Shown here in pieces: positions 50,550 through 62,800 of a stretch of 64,000 nucleotides of DNA. A program made the position numbers and the translations under genes. The stretch is from Eledone cirrhosa (lineage: Eukaryota). The stretch is from the NCBI GenBank assembly GCA_964016885.1, contig OZ024744.1, positions 1,178,001 to 1,242,000 on the forward strand, written 5' to 3'. The notes below the pieces were generated by a model, which saw nothing but the letters and a program-made list of their open reading frames with translations, was not told the DNA's origin and searched no databases. Position 1 is the stretch's first letter. Each line of letters opens with the position of its first letter.

Positions 50550-53500
50550 TAGCTTGGTGAAGAACGAAGTTTTGAGGGAAGACAAGGTAGAGAAAGATAG
50601 TTGGTGAAGAACGAAGTTTTGAGGGAAGACAAGGTAGAGAAAGATAGCTTGGTGAAGAACGACGTTTTGAGGGAAGACAAGGTAGAGAAAGATAGCTTGG
50701 TGAAGAACGAAGTTTTGGGGGAAGACAAGGTAGATAAAGATAGCTTGATGAAGTACGAAGTTTTGGGGGAAGACAAGGTAGAGAAAGATAGCTTGGTGAA
50801 GAACGACGTTTTGTGGGAAGACAAGGTAGAGAAACATAGTTGGTGAAGAACGAAGTTTTGAGGGAAGACAAGGTAGAGAAAGATAGATTGGTGAAGAACG
50901 AAGTTTTGAGGGAAGACAAGGTAGAGAAAGATAGCTTGATGAAGAACGAAGTTTTGAGGGAAGACAAGGTAGAGAAAGATAGCTTGATGAAGAACGAAGT
51001 TTTGAGGGAAGACAAGGTAGAGAAAGATAGCTTGGTGGAGAACGAAGTTTTGAGAGAAGACAAGGTAGAGAAAGATAGCTTGGTGAAGAACGAAGTTTTG
51101 GGGGAAGACAATGTAGAGAAAGATAGCTTGATGAAGAACGAAGTTTTGGGGGAAGACAAGGTAGAGAAAGATAGCTTGGTGAAGAACGAAGTTTTGAGGA
51201 AAGACAAGGTAGAGAAAGATAGCTTGGTGAGGAACGAAGTTTTGGGGGAAGACAAGGTAGAGAAAGATAGCTTGGTGAAGAACGAAGTTTTGGGGGAAAA
51301 CAAGGTAGAGAAAGATAGCTTGGTGAAGAACGAAGTTTTGAGGGAAGACAAGGTAGAGAAAGATAGCTTGGTGAAGAACGACGTTTTGAGGGAAGACGAG
51401 GTAGAGAAAGATAGCTTGGTGAAGAACGACGTTTTGGGGGAACAAAAGGTAGAGAAAGATAGCTTGGTGAAGAACAAAGTTTTGGGGGAAGACAAGGTAG
51501 AGAAATATAGCTTGGTGAAGAACGAAGTATTGAGGGAAGACTGGGTAGAGAAAGATAGCTTGGTGAAGAACGAAGTTTTGAGGAAAGACAAGGTAGAGAA
51601 AGATAGCTTGGTGAAGAACGACGTTTTGGGGGAAGACAAGGTAGAAAAAGATAGCTTGGTGAAGAACAACGTTTTGGGGGAAGACAAGGTAGAGAAAGAT
51701 AGCTTGGTGAAGAACGAAGTATTGAGGGAAGACTAGGTAGAGAAAGATAGCTTGGTGAAGAACGAAGTTTTGAGGGAAGACAAGGTAGAGAAAGATAGCT
51801 TGGTGAAGAACGAAGTTTTGGGGGAAGACAAGGTAGAGAGAGATAGCTTGGTGAAGAACGACGTTTTGAGGGAAGACAAGGTAGAGAAAGATAGCTTGGT
51901 GAAGAACGAAGTTTTGAGGGAAGACAAGGTAGAGAAAGATAGCTTGGTGAAGAACGAAGTTTTGGGGGAAGACAAGGTAGAGAAAGATAGCTTGGTGAAG
52001 AACGAAGTTTTGAGGGAAGACAAGGTAGAGAAAGATAGCTTGGTGAAGAACGAAGTTTTGGGGGAAGACAACGTAGAGAAAGATAGCTTGCTGAAGAACG
52101 AAGTTCTGAGGGACGACAAAGTAGAGAAAGATAGCTTGGTGAAGAATGAAGTTTTGGGGGAAGACAAGGTAGAGAAAGATAGCTTGATGAAGAACGAAGT
52201 TTTGGGGGAAGACAAGGTAGAGAAAGATAGCTTGGTGAAGAACGAAGTTTTGAGGGAAGACAAGGTAGAGAAAGATAGCTTGGTGAAGAACGAAGTTTTG
52301 GGTGAAGACAAGGTAGAGGAAGATAGCTTGGTGAAGAACGAAGTTTTGGGGGAAGACAAGGTAGAGAAAGATAGCTTGGTGAAGAACGAAGTTTTGAGGG
52401 AAGACAAGGTAGAGAAAGATAGCTTGGTGAAGAACGACGTTTTGGGGGAAGACAAGGTAGAAAAGGATAGCTTGGTGAAGAACAACGTTTTGGGGGAAGA
52501 CAAGGTAGAGAAAGATAGCTTGGTGAAGAACGAAGTATTGAGGGAAGACTAGGTAGAGAAAGATAGCTTGGTGAAGAACGAAGTTTTGAGGGAAGACAAG
52601 GTAGAGAAAGATAGTTGGTGAAGAACGAAGTTTTGAGGGAAGACAAGGTAGAGAAAGATAGCTTGGTGAAGAACGACGTTTTGAGGGAAGACAAGGTAGA
52701 GAAAGATAGCTTGGTGAAGAACGAAGTTTTGGGGGAAGACAAGGTAGATAAAGATAGCTTGATGAAGTACGAAGTTTTGGGGGAAGACAAGGTAGAGAAA
52801 GATAGCTTGGTGAAGAACGACGTTTTGTGGGAAGACAAGGTAGAGAAACATAGTTGGTGAAGAACGAAGTTTTGAGGGAAGACAAGGTAGAGAAAGATAG
52901 ATTGGTGAAGAACGAAGTTTTGAGGGAAGACAAGGTAGAGAAAGATAGCTTGATGAAGAACGAAGTTTTGAGGGAAGACAAGGTAGAGAAAGATAGCTTG
53001 ATGAAGAACGAAGTTTTGAGGGAAGACAAGGTAGAGAAAGATAGCTTGGTGAAGAACGACGTTTTGAGGGAAGACAAGGTAGAGAAAGATAGCTTCATGA
53101 AGAACGAAGTTTTGTGGGAAGACAAGGTAGAGAAAGATAGCTTGGTGAAGAACGAAGTTTTGGGGGAAGACAAGGTAGAGAAAGATAGCTTGGTGAAGAA
53201 CGAAGTTTTGAGAGAAGACAAGGTAGAGAAAGATAGCTTGATGAAGAACGAAGTTTTGAGGGAAGACAAGGTAGAGAAAGATAGCTTGGTGAAGAACGAC
53301 GTTTTGAGGGAAGACAAGGTAGAGAAAGATAGCTTGATGAAGAACGAAGTTTTGTGGGAAGACAAGGTAGAGAAAGATAGCTTGGTGAAGAACGAAGTTT
53401 TGGGGGAAGACAAGGTAGAGAAAGATAGCTTGGTGAAGAACGAAGTTTTGAGAGAAGACAAGGTAGAGAAAGATAGCTTGATGAAGAACGAAGTTTTGAG

Positions 53501-56500
53501 GGAAGACAAGGTAGAGAAAGATAGCTTGGTGGAGAACGAAGTTTTTAGGGAAGACAAAGTAGAGAAAGATAGCTTGGTGAAGAACGAAGTTTTGGGGGAA
53601 GACAATGTAGAGAAAGATAGCTTGATGAAGAACGAAGTTTTGGGGGAAGACAAGGTAGAGAAAGATAGCTTGGTGAAGAACGAAGTTTTGAGGAAAGACA
53701 AGGTAGAGAAAGATAGCTTGGTGAGGAACGAAGTTTTGGGGGAAGACAAGGTAGAGAAAGATAGCTTGGTGAAGAACGAAGTTTTGGGGGAAAACAAGGT
53801 AGAGAAAGATAGCTTGGTGAAGAACGAAGTTTTGAGGGAAGACAAGGTAGAGAAAGATAGCTTGATGAAGAACGAAGTTTTGAGGGAAGACACGGTAGAG
53901 AAAGATAGCTTGGTGAAGAACGAAGTTTTGAGGGAAGACAAAGTAGAGAAAGATAGCTTGGTGAAGAACGAAGTTTTGGGGGAAGACAATGTAGAGAAAG
54001 ATAGCTTGATGAAGAACGAATTTTTGGGAGAAGACAAGGTAGAGAAAGATAGCTTGGTGAAGAACGAAGTTTTGAGGGAAGACAAGGTAGAGAAAGATAG
54101 TTGGTGAAGAACGAAGTTTTGAGGGAAGACAAGGTAGAGAAAGATAGCTTGGTGAAGAACGACGTTTTGAGGGAAGACAAGGTAGAGAAAGATAGCTTGG
54201 TGAAGAACGACGTTTTGGGGGAAGAAAATGTAGAGAAAGATAGCTTGGTGAAGAACGACGTTTTGAGGGAAGACAAGGTAGAGATAGATAGCTTGGTGAA
54301 GAACGAAGTTTTGAGGGAAGGCAAAGTAGAGAAAGATAGCTTGGTGAAGAACGAAGTTTTGGAGGAAGACAATGTTGAGAAAGATAGCTTGATGAAGAAC
54401 GAAGTTTTGGGGGAAGACAAGGTAGAGAAAGATAGCTTGATGAAGTACGAAGTGTTGGGGGAAGACAAGGTAGAGAAAGATAGCTTGGTGAAGAACGACG
54501 TTTTGTGGGAAGACAAGGTAGAGAAATATAGTTGGTGAAGAACGAAGTTTTGAGGCAAGACAAGGTAGAGAAAGATAGCTTGGTGAAGAACGAAGTTTTG
54601 AGGGAAGACAAGGTAGAGAAAGATAGCTTGGTGAAGAACGAAGTTTTGGGAGAAGACAATGTAGAGAAAGATAGCTTGGTGAAGAACGACGTTTTGAGGG
54701 AAGACAAGGTAGAGAAAGATAGCTTGGTGAAGAACGAAGTTTTGGGGTAAGACAAGGTAGAGAAAGATAGCTTGGTGAAGAACGAAGTTTTGAGGGAAGA
54801 CAAGGTATAGAAAGAGAGCTTGATGAAGAACGAAGTTTTGAGGGAAGACAAGGTAGAGAAAGATAGCTTGATGAAGTACGAAATATTGGGGGAAGACAAG
54901 GTAGAGAAAGATAGCTTGGTGAAGAACGAAGTTTTGAGGGAAGACAAGGTAGAGAAAGATAGCTTGATGAAGAACGAAGTTTTGAGGGAAGACAAGGTAG
55001 AGAAAGATAGCTTGGTGAAGAACGAAGTTTTGAGGGAAGACAAGGTAGAGAAAGATAGCTTGGTGAAGAACGAAGTTTTGAGGGAAGACAAGGTAGAGAA
55101 AGATAGTTGGTGAAGAACGAAGTTTTGAGGGAAGACAAGGTAGAGAAAGATAGCTTGGTGAAGAACGAAGTTTTGAGGGAAGACAAGGTAGAGAAAGATA
55201 GTTGGTGAAGAACGAAGTTTTGAGGGAAGACAAGGTAGAGAAAGATAGCTTGGTGAAGAACGACGTTTTGAGGGAAGACAAGGTAGAGAAAGATAGCTTG
55301 GTGAAGAACGAAGTTTTGGGGGAAGACAAGGTAGATAAAGATAGCTTGATGAAGTACGAAGTTTTGGGGGAAGACAAGGTAGAGAAAGATAGCTTGGTGA
55401 AGAACGACGTTTTGTGGGAAGACAAGGTAGAGAAACATAGTTGGTGAAGAACGAAGTTTTGAGGGAAGACAAGGTAGAGAAAGATAGATTGGTGAAGAAC
55501 GAAGTTTTGAGGGAAGACAAGGTAGAGAAAGATAGCTTGATGAAGAACGAAGTTTTGAGGGAAGACAAGGTAGAGAAAGATAGCTTGATGAAGAACGAAG
55601 TTTTGAGGGAAGACAAGGTAGAGAAAGATAGCTTGGTGGAGAACGAAGTTTTGAGAGAAGACAAGGTAGAGAAAGATAGCTTGGTGAAGAACGAAGTTTT
55701 GGGGGAAGACAATGTAGAGAAAGATAGCTTGATGAAGAACGAAGTTTTGGGGGAAGACAAGGTAGAGAAAGATAGCTTGGTGAAGAACGAAGTTTTGAGG
55801 AAAGACAAGGTAGAGAAAGATAGCTTGGTGAGGAACGAAGTTTTGGGGGAAGACAAGGTAGAGAAAGATAGCTTGGTGAAGAACGAAGTTTTGGGGGAAA
55901 ACAAGGTAGAGAAAGATAGCTTGGTGAAGAACGAAGTTTTGAGGGAAGACAAGGTAGAGAAAGATAGCTTGGTGAAGAACGACGTTTTGAGGGAAGACGA
56001 GGTAGAGAAAGATAGCTTGGTGAAGAACGACGTTTTGGGGGAACAAAAGGTAGAGAAAGATAGCTTGGTGAAGAACAAAGTTTTGGGGGAAGACAAGGTA
56101 GAGAAATATAGCTTGGTGAAGAACGAAGTATTGAGGGAAGACTGGGTAGAGAAAGATAGCTTGGTGAAGAACGAAGTTTTGAGGAAAGACAAGGTAGAGA
56201 AAGATAGCTTGGTGAAGAACGACGTTTTGGGGGAAGACAAGGTAGAAAAAGATAGCTTGGTGAAGAACAACGTTTTGGGGGAAGACAAGGTAGAGAAAGA
56301 TAGCTTGGTGAAGAACGAAGTATTGAGGGAAGACTAGGTAGAGAAAGATAGCTTGGTGAAGAACGAAGTTTTGAGGGAAGACAAGGTAGAGAAAGATAGC
56401 TTGGTGAAGAAGGAAGTTTGAGGGAAGACAAGGTAGAGAAAGATAGCTTGGTGAAGAACGAAGTTTTGGGGGAAGACAAGGTAGAGAGAGATAGCTTGGT

Positions 56501-59500
56501 GAAGAACGACGTTTTGAGGGAAGACAAGGTAGAGAAAGATAGCTTGGTGAAGAACGAAGTTTTGAGGGAAGACAAGGTAGAGAAAGATAGCTTGGTGAAG
56601 AACGAAGTTTTGGGGGAAGACAAGGTAGAGAAAGATAGCTTGGTGAAGAACGAAGTTTTGAGGGAAGACAAGGTAGAGAAAGATAGCTTGGTGAAGAACG
56701 AAGTTTTGGGGGAAGACAACGTAGAGAAAGATAGCTTGCTGAAGAACGAAGTTCTGAGGGACGACAAAGTAGAGAAAGATAGCTTGGTGAAGAATGAAGT
56801 TTTGGGGGAAGACAAGGTAGAGAAAGATAGCTTGATGAAGAACGAAGTTTTGGGGGAAGACAAGGTAGAGAAAGATAGCTTGGTGAAGAACGAAGTTTTG
56901 AGGGAAGACAAGGTAGAGAAAGATAGCTTGGTGAAGAACGAAGTTTTGGGTGAAGACAAGGTAGAGGAAGATAGCTTGGTGAAGAACGAAGTTTTGGGGG
57001 AAGACAAGGTAGAGAAAGATAGCTTGGTGAAGAACGAAGTTTTGAGGGAAGACAAGGTAGAGAAAGATAGCTTGGTGAAGAACGACGTTTTGGGGGAAGA
57101 CAAGGTAGAAAAGGATAGCTTGGTGAAGAACAACGTTTTGGGGGAAGACAAGGTAGAGAAAGATAGCTTGGTGAAGAACGAAGTATTGAGGGAAGACTAG
57201 GTAGAGAAAGATAGCTTGGTGAAGAACGAAGTTTTGAGGGAAGACAAGGTAGAGAAAGATAGTTGGTGAAGAACGAAGTTTTGAGGGAAGACAAGGTAGA
57301 GAAAGATAGCTTGGTGAAGAACGACGTTTTGAGGGAAGACAAGGTAGAGAAAGATAGCTTGGTGAAGAACGAAGTTTTGGGGGAAGACAAGGTAGATAAA
57401 GATAGCTTGATGAAGTACGAAGTTTTGGGGGAAGACAAGGTAGAGAAAGATAGCTTGGTGAAGAACGACGTTTTGTGGGAAGACAAGGTAGAGAAACATA
57501 GTTGGTGAAGAACGAAGTTTTGAGGGAAGACAAGGTAGAGAAAGATAGATTGGTGAAGAACGAAGTTTTGAGGGAAGACAAGGTAGAGAAAGATAGCTTG
57601 ATGAAGAACGAAGTTTTGAGGGAAGACAAGGTAGAGAAAGATAGCTTGATGAAGAACGAAGTTTTGAGGGAAGACAAGGTAGAGAAAGATAGCTTGGTGA
57701 AGAACGACGTTTTGAGGGAAGACAAGGTAGAGAAAGATAGCTTCATGAAGAACGAAGTTTTGTGGGAAGACAAGGTAGAGAAAGATAGCTTGGTGAAGAA
57801 CGAAGTTTTGGGGGAAGACAAGGTAGAGAAAGATAGCTTGGTGAAGAACGAAGTTTTGAGAGAAGACAAGGTAGAGAAAGATAGCTTGATGAAGAACGAA
57901 GTTTTGAGGGAAGACAAGGTAGAGAAAGATAGCTTGGTGAAGAACGACGTTTTGAGGGAAGACAAGGTAGAGAAAGATAGCTTGATGAAGAACGAAGTTT
58001 TGTGGGAAGACAAGGTAGAGAAAGATAGCTTGGTGAAGAACGAAGTTTTGGGGGAAGACAAGGTAGAGAAAGATAGCTTGGTGAAGAACGAAGTTTTGAG
58101 AGAAGACAAGGTAGAGAAAGATAGCTTGATGAAGAACGAAGTTTTGAGGGAAGACAAGGTAGAGAAAGATAGCTTGGTGGAGAACGAAGTTTTTAGGGAA
58201 GACAAAGTAGAGAAAGATAGCTTGGTGAAGAACGAAGTTTTGGGGGAAGACAATGTAGAGAAAGATAGCTTGATGAAGAACGAAGTTTTGGGGGAAGACA
58301 AGGTAGAGAAAGATAGCTTGGTGAAGAACGAAGTTTTGAGGAAAGACAAGGTAGAGAAAGATAGCTTGGTGAGGAACGAAGTTTTGGGGGAAGACAAGGT
58401 AGAGAAAGATAGCTTGGTGAAGAACGAAGTTTTGGGGGAAAACAAGGTAGAGAAAGATAGCTTGGTGAAGAACGAAGTTTTGAGGGAAGACAAGGTAGAG
58501 AAAGATAGCTTGATGAAGAACGAAGTTTTGAGGGAAGACACGGTAGAGAAAGATAGCTTGGTGAAGAACGAAGTTTTGAGGGAAGACAAAGTAGAGAAAG
58601 ATAGCTTGGTGAAGAACGAAGTTTTGGGGGAAGACAATGTAGAGAAAGATAGCTTGATGAAGAACGAATTTTTGGGAGAAGACAAGGTAGAGAAAGATAG
58701 CTTGGTGAAGAACGAAGTTTTGAGGGAAGACAAGGTAGAGAAAGATAGTTGGTGAAGAACGAAGTTTTGAGGGAAGACAAGGTAGAGAAAGATAGCTTGG
58801 TGAAGAACGACGTTTTGAGGGAAGACAAGGTAGAGAAAGATAGCTTGGTGAAGAACGACGTTTTGGGGGAAGAAAATGTAGAGAAAGATAGCTTGGTGAA
58901 GAACGACGTTTTGAGGGAAGACAAGGTAGAGATAGATAGCTTGGTGAAGAACGAAGTTTTGAGGGAAGGCAAAGTAGAGAAAGATAGCTTGGTGAAGAAC
59001 GAAGTTTTGGAGGAAGACAATGTTGAGAAAGATAGCTTGATGAAGAACGAAGTTTTGGGGGAAGACAAGGTAGAGAAAGATAGCTTGATGAAGTACGAAG
59101 TGTTGGGGGAAGACAAGGTAGAGAAAGATAGCTTGGTGAAGAACGACGTTTTGTGGGAAGACAAGGTAGAGAAATATAGTTGGTGAAGAACGAAGTTTTG
59201 AGGCAAGACAAGGTAGAGAAAGATAGCTTGGTGAAGAACGAAGTTTTGAGGGAAGACAAGGTAGAGAAAGATAGCTTGGTGAAGAACGAAGTTTTGGGAG
59301 AAGACAATGTAGAGAAAGATAGCTTGGTGAAGAACGAAGTTTTGAGGGAAGACAAGGTAGAGAAAGATAGCTTGGTGAAGAACGAAGTTTTGGGGTAAGA
59401 CAAGGTAGAGAAAGATAGCTTGGTGAAGAACGAAGTTTTGAGGGAAGACAAGGTATAGAAAGAGAGCTTGATGAAGAACGAAGTTTTGAGGGAAGACAAG

Positions 59501-59800
59501 GTAGAGAAAGATAGCTTGATGAAGTACGAAATATTGGGGGAAGACAAGGTAGAGAAAGATAGCTTGGTGAAGAACGAAGTTTTGAGGGAAGACAAGGTAG
59601 AGAAAGATAGCTTGATGAAGAACGAAGTTTTGAGGGAAGACAAGGTAGAGAAAGATAGCTTGGTGAAGAACGAAGTTTTGAGGGAAGACAAGGTAGAGAA
59701 AGATAGCTTGGTGAAGAACGAAGTTTTGAGGGAAGACAAGGTAGAGAAAGATAGTTGGTGAAGAACGAAGTTTTGAGGGAAGACAAGGTAGAGAAAGATA
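50550..59800. repeat. Tandem block duplication, period 4601-4648 bp (~96-97 monomers), 2 copies, with a shortened third copy at ~61000-63750
   Basis: Offset 4601 at 50601/55202 and 50840/55441. Offset 4648 at 52615/57263, 52854/57502, 54101/58749, 54532/59180 and 54820/59468. Shared private variants AGCTTCATG (~53091/57739) and GAGAGAGAT (~51836/56484). Third-copy landmarks at 61574, 61813, 62676, 63107 and 63395. Confidence 0.9.
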
Positions 59801-62800
59801 GCTTGGTGAAGAACGACGTTTTGAGGGAAGACAAGGTAGAGAAAGATAGCTTGGTGAAGAACAATGTTTTGGGGGAAGACAAGGTAGAGAAAGATAGCTT
59901 GATGAAGTACGAAGTTTTGGGGGAAGACAAGGTAGAGAAAGATAGCTTGGTGAGGAACGACGTTTTGTGGGAAGACAAGGTAGAGAAACATAGTTGGTGA
60001 AGAACGAAGTTTTGAGGGAAGACAAGGTAGAGAAAGATAGCTTGGTGAAGAACGAAGTTTTGAGGGAAGACAAGGTAGAGAAAGATAGCTTGGTGAAGAA
60101 CGAAGTTTTGAGGGAAGACAAGGTAGAGAAAGATAGTTGGTGAAGAACGAAGTTTTGAGGGAAGACAAGGTAGAGAAAGATAGCTTGGTGAAGAACGAGG
60201 TTTTGGGGGAAGACAAGGTAGAGAAAGATAGCTTGGTGAAGAACGAAGTTTTGAGGGAAGACAAGGTAGAGAAAGATAGCTTGGTGAAGAACGAAGTTTT
60301 GGGGGAAGACAAGGTAGAGAAAGATAGCTTGGTGAAGAACGAAGTTTTGAGGGAAGACAAGGTAGAGAAAGATAGCTTGGTGAAGAACGAAGTTTTGAGG
60401 GAAGACAAGGTAGAGAAAGATAGTTGGTGAAGATCGAAGTTTTGAGGGAAGACAAGGTAGAGAAAGATAGCTTGGTGAAGAACGACGTTTTGAGGGAAGA
60501 CAAGGTAGAGAAAGATAGCTTGGTGAAGAACAAAGTTTTGGGGGAAGACAAGGTAGAGAAAGATAGCTTGATGAAGTACGAAGTTTTGGGGGAAGACAAG
60601 GTAGAGAAAGATAGCTTGGTGAGGAACGACGTTTTGTGGGAAGACAAGGTAGAGAAACATAGTTGGTGAAGAACGAAGTTTTGAGGGAAGACAAGGTAGA
60701 GAAAGATAGCTTGGTGAAGAACGAAGTTTTGAGGGAAGACAAGGTAGAGAAAGATAGCTTGATGAAGAACGAAGTTTTGAGGGAAGACAAGGTAGAGAAA
60801 GATAGCTTGATGAAGTACGAAGTTTTGGGGGAAGACAAGGTAGAGAAAGATAGCTTGGTGAAGAACGAAGTTTTGAGGGAAGACAAGGTAGAGAAAGATA
60901 GCTTGATGAAGAACGAAGTTTTGAGGGAAGACAAGGTAGAGAAAGATAGCTTGGTGAAGAACGAAGTTTTGAGGGAATACAAAGTAGAGAAAGATAGCTT
61001 GGTGAAGAACGAAGTTTTGGGGGAAGACAATGTAGAGAAAGATAGCTTGCTGAAGAACGAAGTTCTGAGGGACGACAAAGTAGAGAAAGATAGCTTGGTG
61101 AAGAATGAAGTTTTGGGGGAAGACAAGGTAGAGAAAGATAGCTTGATGAAGAACGAAGTTTTGGGGGAAGACAAGGTAGAGAAAGATAGCTTGGTGAAGA
61201 ACGAAGTTTTGAGGGAAGACAAGGTAGAGAAAGATAGCTTGGTGAAGAACGAAGTTTTGGGTGAAGACAAGGTAGAGGAAGATAGCTTGGTGAAGAACGA
61301 AGTTTTGGGGGAAGACAAGGTAGAGAAAGATAGCTTGGTGAAGAACGAAGTTTTGAGGGAAGACAAGGTAGAGAAAGATAGCTTGGTGAAGAACGACGTT
61401 TTGGGGGAAGACAAGGTAGAAAAGGATAGCTTGGTGAAGAACAACGTTTTGGGGGAAGACAAGGTAGAGAAAGATAGCTTGGTGAAGAACGAAGTATTGA
61501 GGGAAGACTAGGTAGAGAAAGATAGCTTGGTGAAGAACGAAGTTTTGAGGGAAGACAAGGTAGAGAAAGATAGTTGGTGAAGAACGAAGTTTTGAGGGAA
61601 GACAAGGTAGAGAAAGATAGCTTGGTGAAGAACGACGTTTTGAGGGAAGACAAGGTAGAGAAAGATAGCTTGGTGAAGAACGAAGTTTTGGGGGAAGACA
61701 AGGTAGATAAAGATAGCTTGATGAAGTACGAAGTTTTGGGGGAAGACAACGTAGAGAAAGATAGCTTGGTGAAGAACGACGTTTTGTGGGAAGACAAGGT
61801 AGAGAAACATAGTTGGTGAAGAACGAAGTTTTGAGGGAAGACAAGGTAGAGAAAGATAGATTGGTGAAGAACGAAGTTTTGAGGGAAGACAAGGTAGAGA
61901 AAGATAGCTTGATGAAGAACGAAGTTTTGAGGGAAGACAAGGTAGAGAAAGATAGCTTGATGAAGTACGAAGTTTTGGGGGAAGACAAGGTAGAGAAAGA
62001 TAGCTTGGTGAAGAACGAAGTTTTGAGAGAAGACAAGGTAGAGAAAGATAGCTTGATGAAGAACGAAGTTTTGAGGGAAGACAAGGTAGAGAAAGATAGC
62101 TTGGTGGAGAACGAAGTTTTTAGGGAAGACAAAGTAGAGAAAGATAGCTTGGTGAAGAACGAAGTTTTGGGGGAAGACAATGTAGAGAAAGATAGCTTGA
62201 TGAAGAACGAAGTTTTGGGGGAAGACAAGGTAGAGAAAGATAGCTTGGTGAAGAACGAAGTTTTGAGGAAAGATAAGGTAGAGAAAGATAGCTTGGTGAG
62301 GAACGAAGTTTTGGGGGAAGACAAGGTAGAGAAAGATAGCTTGGTGAAGAACGAAGTTTTGGGGGAAAACAAGGTAGAGAAAGATAGCTTGGTGAAGAAC
62401 GAAGTTTTGAGGGAAGACAAGGTAGAGAAAGATAGCTTGATGAAGAACGAAGTTTTGAGGGAAGACACGGTAGAGAAAGATAGCTTGGTGAAGAACGAAG
62501 TTTTGAGGGAAGACAAAGTAGAGAAAGATAGCTTGGTGAAGAACGAAGTTTTGGGGGAAGACAATGTAGAGAAAGATAGCTTGATGAAGAACGAATTTTT
62601 GGGAGAAGACAAGGTAGAGAAAGATAGCTTGGTGAAGAACGAAGTTTTGAGGGAAGACAAGGTAGAGAAAGATAGTTGGTGAAGAACGAAGTTTTGAGGG
62701 AAGACAAGGTAGAGAAAGATAGCTTGGTGAAGAACGACGTTTTGAGGGAAGACAAGGTAGAGAAAGATAGCTTGGTGAAGAACGACGTTTTGGGGGAAGA

